Assembly: GCA_024686575.1 (NCBI GenBank)
Contig: GCA_024686575.1_4863.1
DNA from: a phage
DNA length: 64,000 bases
Reading direction: 5' to 3' (one strand)
Made by a program: the position numbers and the translations under genes. Below, one piece after another: positions 29,636 through 39,022 of the stretch. The notes below the pieces were generated by a model. That model was not told where the DNA came from. It searched no databases and worked only from the letters and a program-made list of their open reading frames with translations. Each line of letters opens with the position of its first letter. Within the stretch, counting starts at the first letter, position 1.

Positions 29636-30988
29636 TTAGGAAGAAGTCGCCTGACTAAGCTTCGCAGAAGCCACACGCAGGTCATTAGAAAGATAGCGCT
29701 CCATCGTACGCTGATAATCCACCCCAGCACGCTCACGGCGACCGCCAGGGGTCAGCGTTTTCATGATGAAGCTAAAGACGTTGTCTTTGTCTTTCACGGT
29801 TTTCAGTAGTTCGTCGATAGACGCAATGCCCTGCAGAATACGTTTACGATGTTCGTTCGCTTCTTTCGTGGTGCTGCCTTTTAAGGTGTTCAGCTCCTCC
29901 ACTAAGTTACGGCGCATCGTCTCAAAACGTTCCTGCGGCGGATCGTAGATGGTGTTGCGTGGGTCGTTCACAATCAGGCCGAACGCGACTGAGATAGTCG
30001 TGAAGAACAGACCAACTGGATTAGTCGAAGCCACAATCAGCAGCGAAACGTTAAGCATCTCCAGCATCAGATGCACACCGTAGTTCATGTACGACGCGTT
30101 CCGGCAGAGATAGAATTGGGACGTTTCGATTTTGTACAAGGCTGACGCCAGGTACGGGGCTGCACCAAAGCGAGCTGCGAAGTCATCTGCAGCACGTTCC
30201 CAGGTACGGTTAGCGAACCCTTCCGAACCGGTAACAAACGGACGCTCAAGCAGAATGTCTGTCACCAGATGCATGTAGATGTTCTCTTTAGACATCTCTT
30301 TGCAGATAGTTTCCGGCTGATTCACTTTGGTGTTCAGCATACGTTCAACGTCTTTTACGACTTTTAAACGCACTGTCGGGTCTTCTGTTTGCATCATGCG
30401 GTTCGCTGCAGCATCCGCAATCAGGTTCGTTACCACCGTACGCATCAAGGTACGGAAATAGTAATAGACGTGACCGACTTCATGTAGAATAATCGCCGCG
30501 ACTTCTAAATCCGTTAACTCGATACCTGTCAGTAGTTTCGGGGTCAGCCAAAGTGGGGACGGCACCTTGCTGAGTTCGCCTGAAAGCTTCGCATTTTTAT
30601 CGTCGAACTCGCCGTTCAGCTCGTTCTCTTTTAAGAACTTACTGTAGACATCCAGGTCGGTGTTACCCTGCACCATCTTGCGTTGCAGGTCGGCGATGAT
30701 TGGGTTGTTCGCGTCGAGCTTCGGTGGCTCCACACCCGCAAACACAACGTCCGCCACACCTAAGTCGGACCCGTTACGAGGCAGGACTGTAATACCGTTG
30801 TTGTCAAAGACCCAGGCAGCAATACCAGAACTCTGATAACCCGCTGGCGAGAAGTCGCCCGCATCACGGAACTTACGTACCACTTCCGCCAAAGAGGCGA
30901 GTTTCTTTTTATCTTGGAATCCGATGGACTCCGAGGCCACGGCTTTCGCGTCGGCCAACGAGGTTATGTGCTTTTGCCAGTGTCCCAT
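29636..30988 (-). CDS. putative zinc metallopeptidase (HExxH) with transmembrane segments
   Basis: 450 aa; AAIILHEVGHVYYY carries an HExxH zinc-binding motif; hydrophobic stretch LLIVASTNPVGLFFTTISVAFGLIV. Confidence 0.5.
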   Translation of the reverse strand: MGHWQKHITSLADAKAVASESIGFQDKKKLASLAEVVRKFRDAGDFSPAGYQSSGIAAWVFDNNGITVLPRNGSDLGVADVVFAGVEPPKLDANNPIIADLQRKMVQGNTDLDVYSKFLKENELNGEFDDKNAKLSGELSKVPSPLWLTPKLLTGIELTDLEVAAIILHEVGHVYYYFRTLMRTVVTNLIADAAANRMMQTEDPTVRLKVVKDVERMLNTKVNQPETICKEMSKENIYMHLVTDILLERPFVTGSEGFANRTWERAADDFAARFGAAPYLASALYKIETSQFYLCRNASYMNYGVHLMLEMLNVSLLIVASTNPVGLFFTTISVAFGLIVNDPRNTIYDPPQERFETMRRNLVEELNTLKGSTTKEANEHRKRILQGIASIDELLKTVKDKDNVFSFIMKTLTPGGRRERAGVDYQRTMERYLSNDLRVASAKLSQATSS

Positions 30989-31058
30989 TTAGACGTTCCT
31001 TTTAGAAAATACGTTACCCACAAATCAGTATAGCAGACACCATATTTGAGAGTAGACC

Positions 31059-32843
31059 ATGGAAATCAATACCTATTACGCACCCGAGGATGTCATCGCT
31101 AAAGAGTGCAAGCACGTCGCTTATGCGACGGACGAAGAAAAAGAAAATGACTTTGTCCTCATCAAAGAGGTCATCCATACTAAGGATGGCAGGCTTATCC
31201 CGCGCTTGGTAATGCGTGAGAATTTAAAGCGTCCGGTGTACGTTACCCGTGAAGAATATCGTAACCACCAGGAGAAAAAGGAGTTCGAAGAAAAAGGAAA
31301 ATGTCAAGAACTCTGGACTACTGATGCGCAGATGGCGAAGACGTTGCAGATGGGTTTAGGTGCACGTTTCCCTGACCCGAAAAAGAACCTGAGGCGTGTT
31401 TGTACTAGCCCGTACGTTTATTGGGCCGACTTACCGATTACCAGCTGGATTAAACAGAAATACTTAAAGCGTTGGCCAAACAACATCAGTCCTAACCGTC
31501 TTTGTGTATACGACGTAGAGACCAACGAAATGGACGGCACGAAGGAACCGTGGATCGTGTCATTTATCTTAGACGACGAAATCCATTTCTTTGGTGCTAA
31601 GAACTACATGGACCGCATCGGTAAAAACGCGGAAGAAGTCATTCTCAAAAAAGCGCAGGAACTCTTAAGCAAAATCGAATTCGATGAGAAAGACAAAAAG
31701 ACTGGCGAAAAGGTGACAAAGACCAAAGACATTATCAGTGGTTATAAAATCTTCACCTATACCTGCGCTACAGCAGGGCAGTGCATCGTCAGGATGTTCG
31801 AAGAAATTCATCCGCGTCTTCCTGATTTGCTGGTCGCATGGAACCACCAGTTCGATATTTCACGCATGTTAGAAACCTTGCAGAAAGAAGGCATCGATCC
31901 ACTGGGCGTCTTTAACCATCCGGATGTGCCGGAGAAATACCGTCGTCTGTGGTTTAAAGAAGACCAGGCGAACAAAAAGACAGAATCCAAGTCACTCACC
32001 AAAGCACCGTCACAACAGTGGCACGTACTCTACTGTACTGCGTCTTTCTACTGTGTGGATGCCATGGTGTTATTCCGTTCGTTGCGTGTCCACGAAGGCC
32101 AACGTCCTTCGTACAAGTTATCTGCCATACTGTACACCGAACTCGGTTTACACAAACTCGACATTCCTGGCCTGCCGTATGAAGATAACCTGCAATGGCA
32201 CATAAAAGCACAACGGGACTACCCTGCCGAATACGCCGTATACAACATGATGGATAACTTGTTAATTGTGTTGTTGGATAAGAAGACGAACGACTTGTCT
32301 TCAGCAATATCCATTCTGGCAGGTTTCTCGATGTACGATATCTTCCCGTCGCTACCAAAACGTATCTGTGTGGCCTTTACCTATTATCTGTATGACAAAG
32401 GATACGTCATCGGCTCCGTAGGATCTGCAATGCGTAACGATTACGATGAAGAGGTTATCGGTACAGACGGTTGGATTGTTACCCTGACAGCATGTATGAA
32501 TGCTGAGAACGGTCTGAATAACATTCTGGAGGAGATTGACGAATATTACTCTGCGTTCCGTGGTCAAACTGCGGATGCGGACTTAACCCAGGCCTACCCT
32601 TCGGCCACAAACATGATGAACCAGTCTCGTGAGACCACACTCATTGAACTGCTGTCCATCAATGGGGTTAGTGAAGAGATTCGACGTCGCACGGGCGTCA
32701 ACTTAACTGCTGGGCGAGTTAATGCCATGGAAATAGCGACAGACTTCTTCTGCTTACCGGACAAAGACACTGTCCTGTCTACGTTCTTACGTAAGCAAGG
32801 GGAAGTAGTGACAGAGCCTATGGAGTACATCTGCGGGTTCTAA
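31059..32843 (+). CDS. DNA polymerase (family B-like), N-terminal part with 3'-5' exonuclease domain
   Basis: 594 aa; DEDDy exonuclease motifs in canonical order: Exo I LCVYDVETNE, Exo II VAWNHQFDISRML, Exo III YAVYNMMDNL; a possible motif A-like SMYDIFPSLP near the C-terminus; terminator downstream. Confidence 0.6.
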   Translation: MEINTYYAPEDVIAKECKHVAYATDEEKENDFVLIKEVIHTKDGRLIPRLVMRENLKRPVYVTREEYRNHQEKKEFEEKGKCQELWTTDAQMAKTLQMGLGARFPDPKKNLRRVCTSPYVYWADLPITSWIKQKYLKRWPNNISPNRLCVYDVETNEMDGTKEPWIVSFILDDEIHFFGAKNYMDRIGKNAEEVILKKAQELLSKIEFDEKDKKTGEKVTKTKDIISGYKIFTYTCATAGQCIVRMFEEIHPRLPDLLVAWNHQFDISRMLETLQKEGIDPLGVFNHPDVPEKYRRLWFKEDQANKKTESKSLTKAPSQQWHVLYCTASFYCVDAMVLFRSLRVHEGQRPSYKLSAILYTELGLHKLDIPGLPYEDNLQWHIKAQRDYPAEYAVYNMMDNLLIVLLDKKTNDLSSAISILAGFSMYDIFPSLPKRICVAFTYYLYDKGYVIGSVGSAMRNDYDEEVIGTDGWIVTLTACMNAENGLNNILEEIDEYYSAFRGQTADADLTQAYPSATNMMNQSRETTLIELLSINGVSEEIRRRTGVNLTAGRVNAMEIATDFFCLPDKDTVLSTFLRKQGEVVTEPMEYICGF

Positions 32844-32844
32844 A

Positions 32845-32893
32845 ACAAAAAAAGAAAGGCCTCTCTACCCTAGGGTAGAGAGGTACTTTTATT
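32845..32893. terminator. bidirectional rho-independent terminator
   Basis: Inverted repeat CCTCTCTACCC / GGGTAGAGAGG flanked by an A-run and a T-run, between convergent genes. Confidence 0.65.
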
Positions 32894-33393
32894 TAGCCGC
32901 CAAAGGCGTGCATAACCAGCGAACGGAGGTCCGGGTCGTTCAAGCGACGGGCCAGACGGTCAACATCGTTGGTATCACGGAAACGACCTTTATCGGCGCA
33001 GCGTGCGTAACGAATCAGCATGTTAATAAAGATAACGAAGACTTCACGCTCGTCACGATTCGGGAAGTTCTCACTGATACGGTTATTAGCAGCCGGTGCG
33101 TAGAAAATACCGTTACGGTGCTTATTAGCCGCTTCTACAAAGGCGTAGAAACCATCCAGGAAGGCCTGACCGCGCAGTTTAAACAGCTCACGGAAAGAGT
33201 GATGCAGCTTATTATACGCATCTTTCTCAGCCTGGGTACCAGATGCTTTACGTGGGCCGGCGTTGTTACCTGCTTCATCGAGCATCGTGGTGATCAGTTT
33301 AACACGATATTGGTCGTCGTTGCTGTAAGAAGCGCTATCACGGACCACGCCTTCTGTACGCGGGTCAAGGGTAGTAGTGTCTTTCTTAGTCAT
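32893..33393 (-). CDS. hypothetical protein
   Basis: Track ORF 32893..33468 overlaps the upstream gene; internal ATG at 33391-33393 (MTKKDTTTLD...) with AAGGA upstream sits after the upstream stop. Confidence 0.45.
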   Translation of the reverse strand: MTKKDTTTLDPRTEGVVRDSASYSNDDQYRVKLITTMLDEAGNNAGPRKASGTQAEKDAYNKLHHSFRELFKLRGQAFLDGFYAFVEAANKHRNGIFYAPAANNRISENFPNRDEREVFVIFINMLIRYARCADKGRFRDTNDVDRLARRLNDPDLRSLVMHAFGG

Positions 33394-33406
33394 GAGGAAA
33401 CAATCC

Positions 33407-34705
33407 TTAGGTGATGTGGAATTTAGGGATGTACTCTTTAACCACGGTTTCACGACCGTGCATCGCACCCATTGCAGTGGTCATAACGTTCGAGAAGCCG
33501 GATGAGATATCCGCAGCGATTGCCCGTGGCTCTTCTGCTTTGTGTGCAGAGGCGCACGCCGCACAACAGTCTACGTGACCTTGCTGACATAAGATGGGTC
33601 GGCGGAGTCGAACAACTTTACCGAATTGCGTTTTCAAATACTCTTCGGTGAGTTGGGTAACTTTACCGTTAATCATCGCGTTCATGCCAACATAACGCTT
33701 GTAGTTATACTGGTTAATTACAAGTGCATGAGTCAGTTTTGTCCCGCAATCTCCAGGCACGATTTTGTGGTTCTGGAAGATCATCTGGATGATACGTACC
33801 TGCTCACCACCCTTAGCGGTTTCTGCACCACGCATGAAGGAACCTTCACGAGTGTCATTGAACTTCTCTACCAGGTACTTCATCCCGGTCTGATCAACTT
33901 CCATCAGACTCGTTGGGATTAAGGTAAAATCTGCACCTTCTTTAAAAGCGGTCTGAATACCATACATCAGCATCAGCTTACGGCGACGCATACGCGCTTT
34001 AGGCGAGCTGTAGAACTCAACGGACTGGTCGCCACTCAACCACTCTTTATCAAGTTCGTCGAGAGCTTTTTCAATCATAACGATAACCGCAGGGTTATCC
34101 AGTTCGTCTTTGTGCTTCAACAGCAACGCATCACGTACCTTATACGCGTCAGGATGCGTTGTAAGGCTTCTAATTGTTCCTGTTGGGGCAATCCCACGAC
34201 ACAACGGAGCAAGCTCGTGTAGACCCCCTACAAAGCGTCCTATCATGTATGGCCGAATCGCGTCTTCGTTGTCTGGATCGGTGTCATCGTATTCCACACA
34301 TCGTTCGTACATCTCCTTACGGTAGGCTAGCGGGTCACGGGACTCTGCCAGATACGGGAGACGGGTACCGAATGCGTAATAGATAGCAATCCAGTTAAAG
34401 ACATAGCGACCCACGGTAGTCGGAATGGGACCAGCTAGACCTGGGTACATCTCAGGACGCAATTCAAACTGCTCTTCCGGCACGAACAGCTCTTCATCTT
34501 TTTTGCACCCTTCAATCGGCACCCATTTAATTTCTTCGTTTTCCCAGTAGTGGGGCAAGCCGTCAATGTAGTTCAGGTCGTATTGCTCAGGTGGCTCACC
34601 TTTTTCATTAAAGATTGCCACGTTGAAAACCGCAATACGCCACACCAGTCTACGCCAAGCTTCTGCTTTACACGCAGCGACCAGATAATCAATCTTGTTC
34701 ATCAT
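33407..34705 (-). CDS. hypothetical protein
   Basis: 432-aa ORF. Confidence 0.5.
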   Translation of the reverse strand: MMNKIDYLVAACKAEAWRRLVWRIAVFNVAIFNEKGEPPEQYDLNYIDGLPHYWENEEIKWVPIEGCKKDEELFVPEEQFELRPEMYPGLAGPIPTTVGRYVFNWIAIYYAFGTRLPYLAESRDPLAYRKEMYERCVEYDDTDPDNEDAIRPYMIGRFVGGLHELAPLCRGIAPTGTIRSLTTHPDAYKVRDALLLKHKDELDNPAVIVMIEKALDELDKEWLSGDQSVEFYSSPKARMRRRKLMLMYGIQTAFKEGADFTLIPTSLMEVDQTGMKYLVEKFNDTREGSFMRGAETAKGGEQVRIIQMIFQNHKIVPGDCGTKLTHALVINQYNYKRYVGMNAMINGKVTQLTEEYLKTQFGKVVRLRRPILCQQGHVDCCAACASAHKAEEPRAIAADISSGFSNVMTTAMGAMHGRETVVKEYIPKFHIT

Positions 34706-35573
34706 CTACCTCCGCGTCCCCACTAGCGTATATGACTTTCAACGCTTCCAATCCTTTCCGCAAGATTTCTCCAGGCGGGACGTTGTCGACGTTCAACAGG
34801 GCAAGGTTCTTTTCTAAGTCACCGTAAGCCCCATCAAACTCCGCATGAGGAATAATCGATAAGCCCACCGCATACATCGTCAGCAAATCAATTTCGCTAA
34901 CATCTTCTACGCGAAACTCTAACGACTGCTGCACCACCGTTAAGTCTGGCTCAGCAGGCAGATTCATAAAGACAAACGCTGACGGGTTCTCAGGGAACAA
35001 CCGCAAGTAAGCGACGATACGCTCTTGGCGCTCATCGTCGCTGTTTCGTTTCTGGCTTTCCAACGACTCTGCTGCTAAGAAGTTTTCCATCACGGTAAGC
35101 ACGCGTGGGCTGACAACAGTAATCAGGTCTTCGAAGTGCAGGTTTTCGTCACCGTAAACATAACGACACATGTTCTCCAGGATATACTCTGGTGTCTCAC
35201 CAGAGGAGACAATCCCGTAAAGGGCATCACTGTCTTCGAACTCCTCGAAGGCTTCCAACACACCGTGAAGGATACGTACGGTTTCTTTCGGTTTCTGGAA
35301 GACGATTTGTGGATTAAGTCCGATACCGAGGCGGTTGCCTAATCCAACCGCTACCTTCACGATAATGGATTCCAGACGGACAGTTTCGTCCGCGTGGTCA
35401 GACAACGGGTTGCTATAAACATCGGATAACGCCACATCGTAACCGTAATCCATACCGAGCGTCACTAAATCTAGCATCGGTGCTGCACGACCTTCGTGAC
35501 GGTTGACTGTCAATACAGCCGCATAGTCGGTATAAATATCAATCATGGCTCTGTTCCATAGTGAAAAGGGCAT
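34689..35573 (-). CDS. hypothetical protein
   Basis: 294-aa ORF. Confidence 0.5.
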   Translation of the reverse strand: MPFSLWNRAMIDIYTDYAAVLTVNRHEGRAAPMLDLVTLGMDYGYDVALSDVYSNPLSDHADETVRLESIIVKVAVGLGNRLGIGLNPQIVFQKPKETVRILHGVLEAFEEFEDSDALYGIVSSGETPEYILENMCRYVYGDENLHFEDLITVVSPRVLTVMENFLAAESLESQKRNSDDERQERIVAYLRLFPENPSAFVFMNLPAEPDLTVVQQSLEFRVEDVSEIDLLTMYAVGLSIIPHAEFDGAYGDLEKNLALLNVDNVPPGEILRKGLEALKVIYASGDAEVDDEQD

Positions 35574-35587
35574 TCATACCAAGGCGA

Positions 35588-35618
35588 ATAAAAAAAAGAA
35601 AACGGGGCCGAAGCCCCG
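35588..35618 (-). terminator. rho-independent terminator
   Basis: Hairpin CGGGGC-CGAA-GCCCCG with a minus-strand T-run. Confidence 0.65.
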
Positions 35619-35626
35619 AATTTCTA

Positions 35627-35998
35627 TTAATGTCCCGTCAGATCTTTCTCCAGCTCCTTTAACGCACGTTCACCTGCCACCTGCTCGCCGGCTTTGGCGA
35701 TAATCGCTTTGCGACGACGGATATTGTCGAGCATCAGCAGTATCTGCCAGCGGGGGCGGTCGAGGAACTCGTCTATCGACATCCGGTAGTTTTCACCGAC
35801 CTCTTCACGTAAGTAAGTGGCGTACCAGATATCGTAAAGACTACCGTATACCGGGTTTTCAAAATCCGACAATCCTACCTGATGGTCGCCGGTATTAAGA
35901 GCCAGTGTACGGTCATACGCTTCCAGAAGCTCGTTATGGGCTTCCTGATACGTAATAGGACGTGTGCTACGCTGCTTGAAGAGAGAGGTGGTATCCAT
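35627..35998 (-). CDS. hypothetical protein
   Basis: 123-aa ORF; terminator downstream. Confidence 0.45.
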   Translation of the reverse strand: MDTTSLFKQRSTRPITYQEAHNELLEAYDRTLALNTGDHQVGLSDFENPVYGSLYDIWYATYLREEVGENYRMSIDEFLDRPRWQILLMLDNIRRRKAIIAKAGEQVAGERALKELEKDLTGH

Positions 35999-36042
35999 CT
36001 TGAGCGTTGTAATGATTTGCTCGGACGGAACGTCTTCCTGGT

Positions 36043-38013
36043 CTAGCCAATATCGGCGTATTGATCCAGCAAGAATTTCTGAATCTCGGACACCACTCGA
36101 GAGAGCACGAAAAAAACCCTGTCCGGACTGATGGTAACAATACCGCGATACAGACCGTCTTTCTCGCCGTGTGTTTTACCACACGCCGGGCAGCGTTTAC
36201 CCATGTAACCGAATACCGCTAAACGTGTACGTTCGTTGTATTCAGCAATCGCGTTTTCAAACTGACCAACGTAGATACGGTCGGAAGACAGCTCTTCCAG
36301 CATCTCAACGATTTTCGCTGTGTCGGTTTCAGTTTGTGGGATAACCTGCATTTCACCGTTTACTTCACGTTGCTCATTAACGGTGATAGATTTCACCATG
36401 TGAGCGTAACGCGTTAAGCGACGGGCTTCTGCAGTTAAACGCATATGGGATTCACGTTCACGCTCGGTAGCAAATTCAGACAGCGCTGCCGTAGTTGACG
36501 CGTTAACGTCTTCAATCCACTTCTCGGTGGAGTCAAAGAAGCTACCCAGGGTAGAACGGCCAAATTCAACACGCACGTCGTGGTATTCAAATACCGAAGA
36601 TGGGTCAACCTGATGCGCTGCGATATATTCGCGCTGTTCTGCAATAGAAATCACTGGACGCTCAGTACCGCGTTGACGTGCCCACAGTTGTTTCTGCAGG
36701 TCGCTAAACAGACCGGAACCGAAACGGATACAGCGTGCGATATTCAGCTTCACATCTTCCTGCTGGTTGCAGCCGTCTTCGCCACACATCAGCGTCCATG
36801 GAATACCAGACGGCCACTTCGCCTGCAACGGACCCAGAATAACCAGCCAGTAGTCAGCCAGATCAATGGTATCCAACAGCACCGTACGCAGATCGTTACC
36901 CGCACAATCGATGGTTGCTTCGGTAACAAACTGAAGTGCGAATTCAACCATGTGGCGCATGTACACGCCAGAAGACGACGACAGCATCAAACCATAGGTC
37001 TGCATACCGATGGTCGCAGTTTCCAGCGTTAGACGCATGTCGAAGTCACAAAGGTCGCGTTCATGCGGTGCGCGGAAGCCCACGTAGATACCTGTGGCCG
37101 GCAACCAAACCATGTTCGGAATACCCGACTTACGTACACGACGCAAAGCAGCCAGCGCGCCAGTGTGCATATTGTCACGCGGTGCAATAGCACCAGATGC
37201 CTTGCCGTCCGGCAACATCACGCGCTGTTCCCAAGCGGTATCACCACGATCCAGTGCACCAGCAAATGCCGGTACGCCGTCCTGTAGACGTGGCGGGGTC
37301 ATGTTCAAAGCACGATAGATGTCGTCGTAAACCTGTTGCTGTTCAGGGCTTTCGAATAGCAGCCGACCGTCTTTCGGTGAACGTTTAATGTTACCGAGGA
37401 ACTTTTGCAGGGAGTCTGCAATGATGTTAGGGTCTTGTTTCAGACCAATCAACATCTTCGACTGTGTCAGAATACGATCGGCTTCATCCTCACCCATTTC
37501 GGCGGTTTCAGCTAAATGGGTATTACCGAAGTCAATCTCACGCATCTGTTGTTGTTCCGGAACCTTCGGTGCAGCATCTTCCATTTCTTTTACAGCCGGC
37601 TGTGCCGGTGCAACCGCTTCCGGAGCTTTTGGCTGCGGAGCAGGTTCTACCACAGGCGCTTTCTCTACTACCGGTTCCGGGGCACGATGTAGGTGCTCCT
37701 GCACCTGTTCAGAGAAAGTCTGAGCTGCCGGTGGTACAGGCGCAGCAGGTTCAGGCAACGCCTCTTCTACAAACGTCGGACGCTCAAGCTTAGGCTCCGG
37801 ACGATGATAGTGTTGGTGATAAACTTCTTCTGCACGGGCAAAAGAAAAATCGGGATTGGCTTGTTTAATAGCCATGATGATTGCATCCGAGGTCGCGTCA
37901 TCAGGCACGGTCGGAAGAATCATCTCTTGTTGGGTAGCAGCCGCCACAGGGGCTGGCTGGTCGGGATTAGGGCGACGGGCATTACCCGGACGCTGATCTT
38001 GGATCTCAGACAT
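36043..38013 (-). CDS. hypothetical protein with Pro/Ala-rich N-terminal region and C-terminal CxxC
   Basis: 656 aa; N-terminal low-complexity PAPVAAATQQ...PEPAAPVPPAAQ; CPACGKTHGE near the C-terminus. Confidence 0.55.
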   Translation of the reverse strand: MSEIQDQRPGNARRPNPDQPAPVAAATQQEMILPTVPDDATSDAIIMAIKQANPDFSFARAEEVYHQHYHRPEPKLERPTFVEEALPEPAAPVPPAAQTFSEQVQEHLHRAPEPVVEKAPVVEPAPQPKAPEAVAPAQPAVKEMEDAAPKVPEQQQMREIDFGNTHLAETAEMGEDEADRILTQSKMLIGLKQDPNIIADSLQKFLGNIKRSPKDGRLLFESPEQQQVYDDIYRALNMTPPRLQDGVPAFAGALDRGDTAWEQRVMLPDGKASGAIAPRDNMHTGALAALRRVRKSGIPNMVWLPATGIYVGFRAPHERDLCDFDMRLTLETATIGMQTYGLMLSSSSGVYMRHMVEFALQFVTEATIDCAGNDLRTVLLDTIDLADYWLVILGPLQAKWPSGIPWTLMCGEDGCNQQEDVKLNIARCIRFGSGLFSDLQKQLWARQRGTERPVISIAEQREYIAAHQVDPSSVFEYHDVRVEFGRSTLGSFFDSTEKWIEDVNASTTAALSEFATERERESHMRLTAEARRLTRYAHMVKSITVNEQREVNGEMQVIPQTETDTAKIVEMLEELSSDRIYVGQFENAIAEYNERTRLAVFGYMGKRCPACGKTHGEKDGLYRGIVTISPDRVFFVLSRVVSEIQKFLLDQYADIG

Positions 38014-38668
38014 TAGCCGCTTCCTCGGTTTCTACTACAACGTCATTGTGATCGACGATGGCGTTTTTAGGGAGTTCCTTCGAATTATTAGCCAGAGCTT
38101 CAGCCAACAGAACTTCGGCTTGTTCCACGGTATGACCGTTATTCAGCGCCTGCTTCACGAACTTCACTTTCGCGTTATACGTGGAGAAGATTTCGATACT
38201 GGTGCCCTGAATATCCATCGCAAGCATGTTTGCCCGCTGGTCAATCAGGGACAGTTCGGTGTGGTCGACGTGGAACTGGTCTTTGATTTCTTTCCACGTT
38301 TTGCTGTTATCGTTCAGCATGTCAAACACCGGCACAGCCTTAGCATCTGCCTCAACAATCAGTTTACCGAACAGCTCTTTGCCTTGCTGACACATGCCAA
38401 GGAAAGCCGCCTGTGCTTCATCCAGCGCTTTCAACGTAAAGGCTTTCAGCTCTTCGTGCGTAATGGCTTCAGTTACTTCACGCTCCCGATCAATTTTGCC
38501 TGACAGGAATTCGGTACTTTCGATAAACACAGCTTGTTTTTTCAACACAGACTGCATCATCGCCTTGACGAAATCGCGGGCGTCTTTACGTGGGTTATAA
38601 GCGGGTTTCTTTTTGCGACGACTCATCGTAATAATCCTTTTGAAATTAGGGGTTGGGTGTATACACAA
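38006..38668 (-). CDS. hypothetical protein
   Basis: 220-aa ORF with a Lys/Arg-rich N-terminus. Confidence 0.5.
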   Translation of the reverse strand: MCIHPTPNFKRIITMSRRKKKPAYNPRKDARDFVKAMMQSVLKKQAVFIESTEFLSGKIDREREVTEAITHEELKAFTLKALDEAQAAFLGMCQQGKELFGKLIVEADAKAVPVFDMLNDNSKTWKEIKDQFHVDHTELSLIDQRANMLAMDIQGTSIEIFSTYNAKVKFVKQALNNGHTVEQAEVLLAEALANNSKELPKNAIVDHNDVVVETEEAANV

Positions 38669-38686
38669 TATACACCCAAAACGTGA

Positions 38687-39022
38687 TTAACTTGCATCGT
38701 GTGGAACAGTCACCCAATCGTGCCATTTTTCAGAGTAAAGACGATAAGCCATCTTTGGATTCTGATCGACACTACCGGCCGGGTTCTCATTCCACAACAC
38801 GTACGTATATAACTCGTACGACGAAGTGTTACGGATACTTGACGTGCGGGTGACGTAGTACGTCAACCCGCGTTGGTTAAGGAACAGGCCGCTGTAATGT
38901 TCAGTGACCATGTAGTAGTGAAACGCCTGGTTGATAGTGGCGTCGGTACAGAGTTTCTTAGCGACGTCTTCTACGCCGGGATACGCCTTTAGAATGTTTT
39001 CGAGAAAACTTGCTAAAGTCAT
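38687..39022 (-). CDS. hypothetical protein
   Basis: Track ORF 38687..39070 overlaps the 3' end of the helicase gene; internal ATG (MTLASFLENIL...) reduces the overlap. Start and reality uncertain. Confidence 0.35.
   Translation of the reverse strand: MTLASFLENILKAYPGVEDVAKKLCTDATINQAFHYYMVTEHYSGLFLNQRGLTYYVTRTSSIRNTSSYELYTYVLWNENPAGSVDQNPKMAYRLYSEKWHDWVTVPHDAS

Noticed and set aside
36580-38016. Cluster of + strand ORFs of 60-150 aa
   Set aside because: All are antisense to the 656-aa minus-strand gene and have Arg/Cys/Ser-rich compositions typical of out-of-frame translation.
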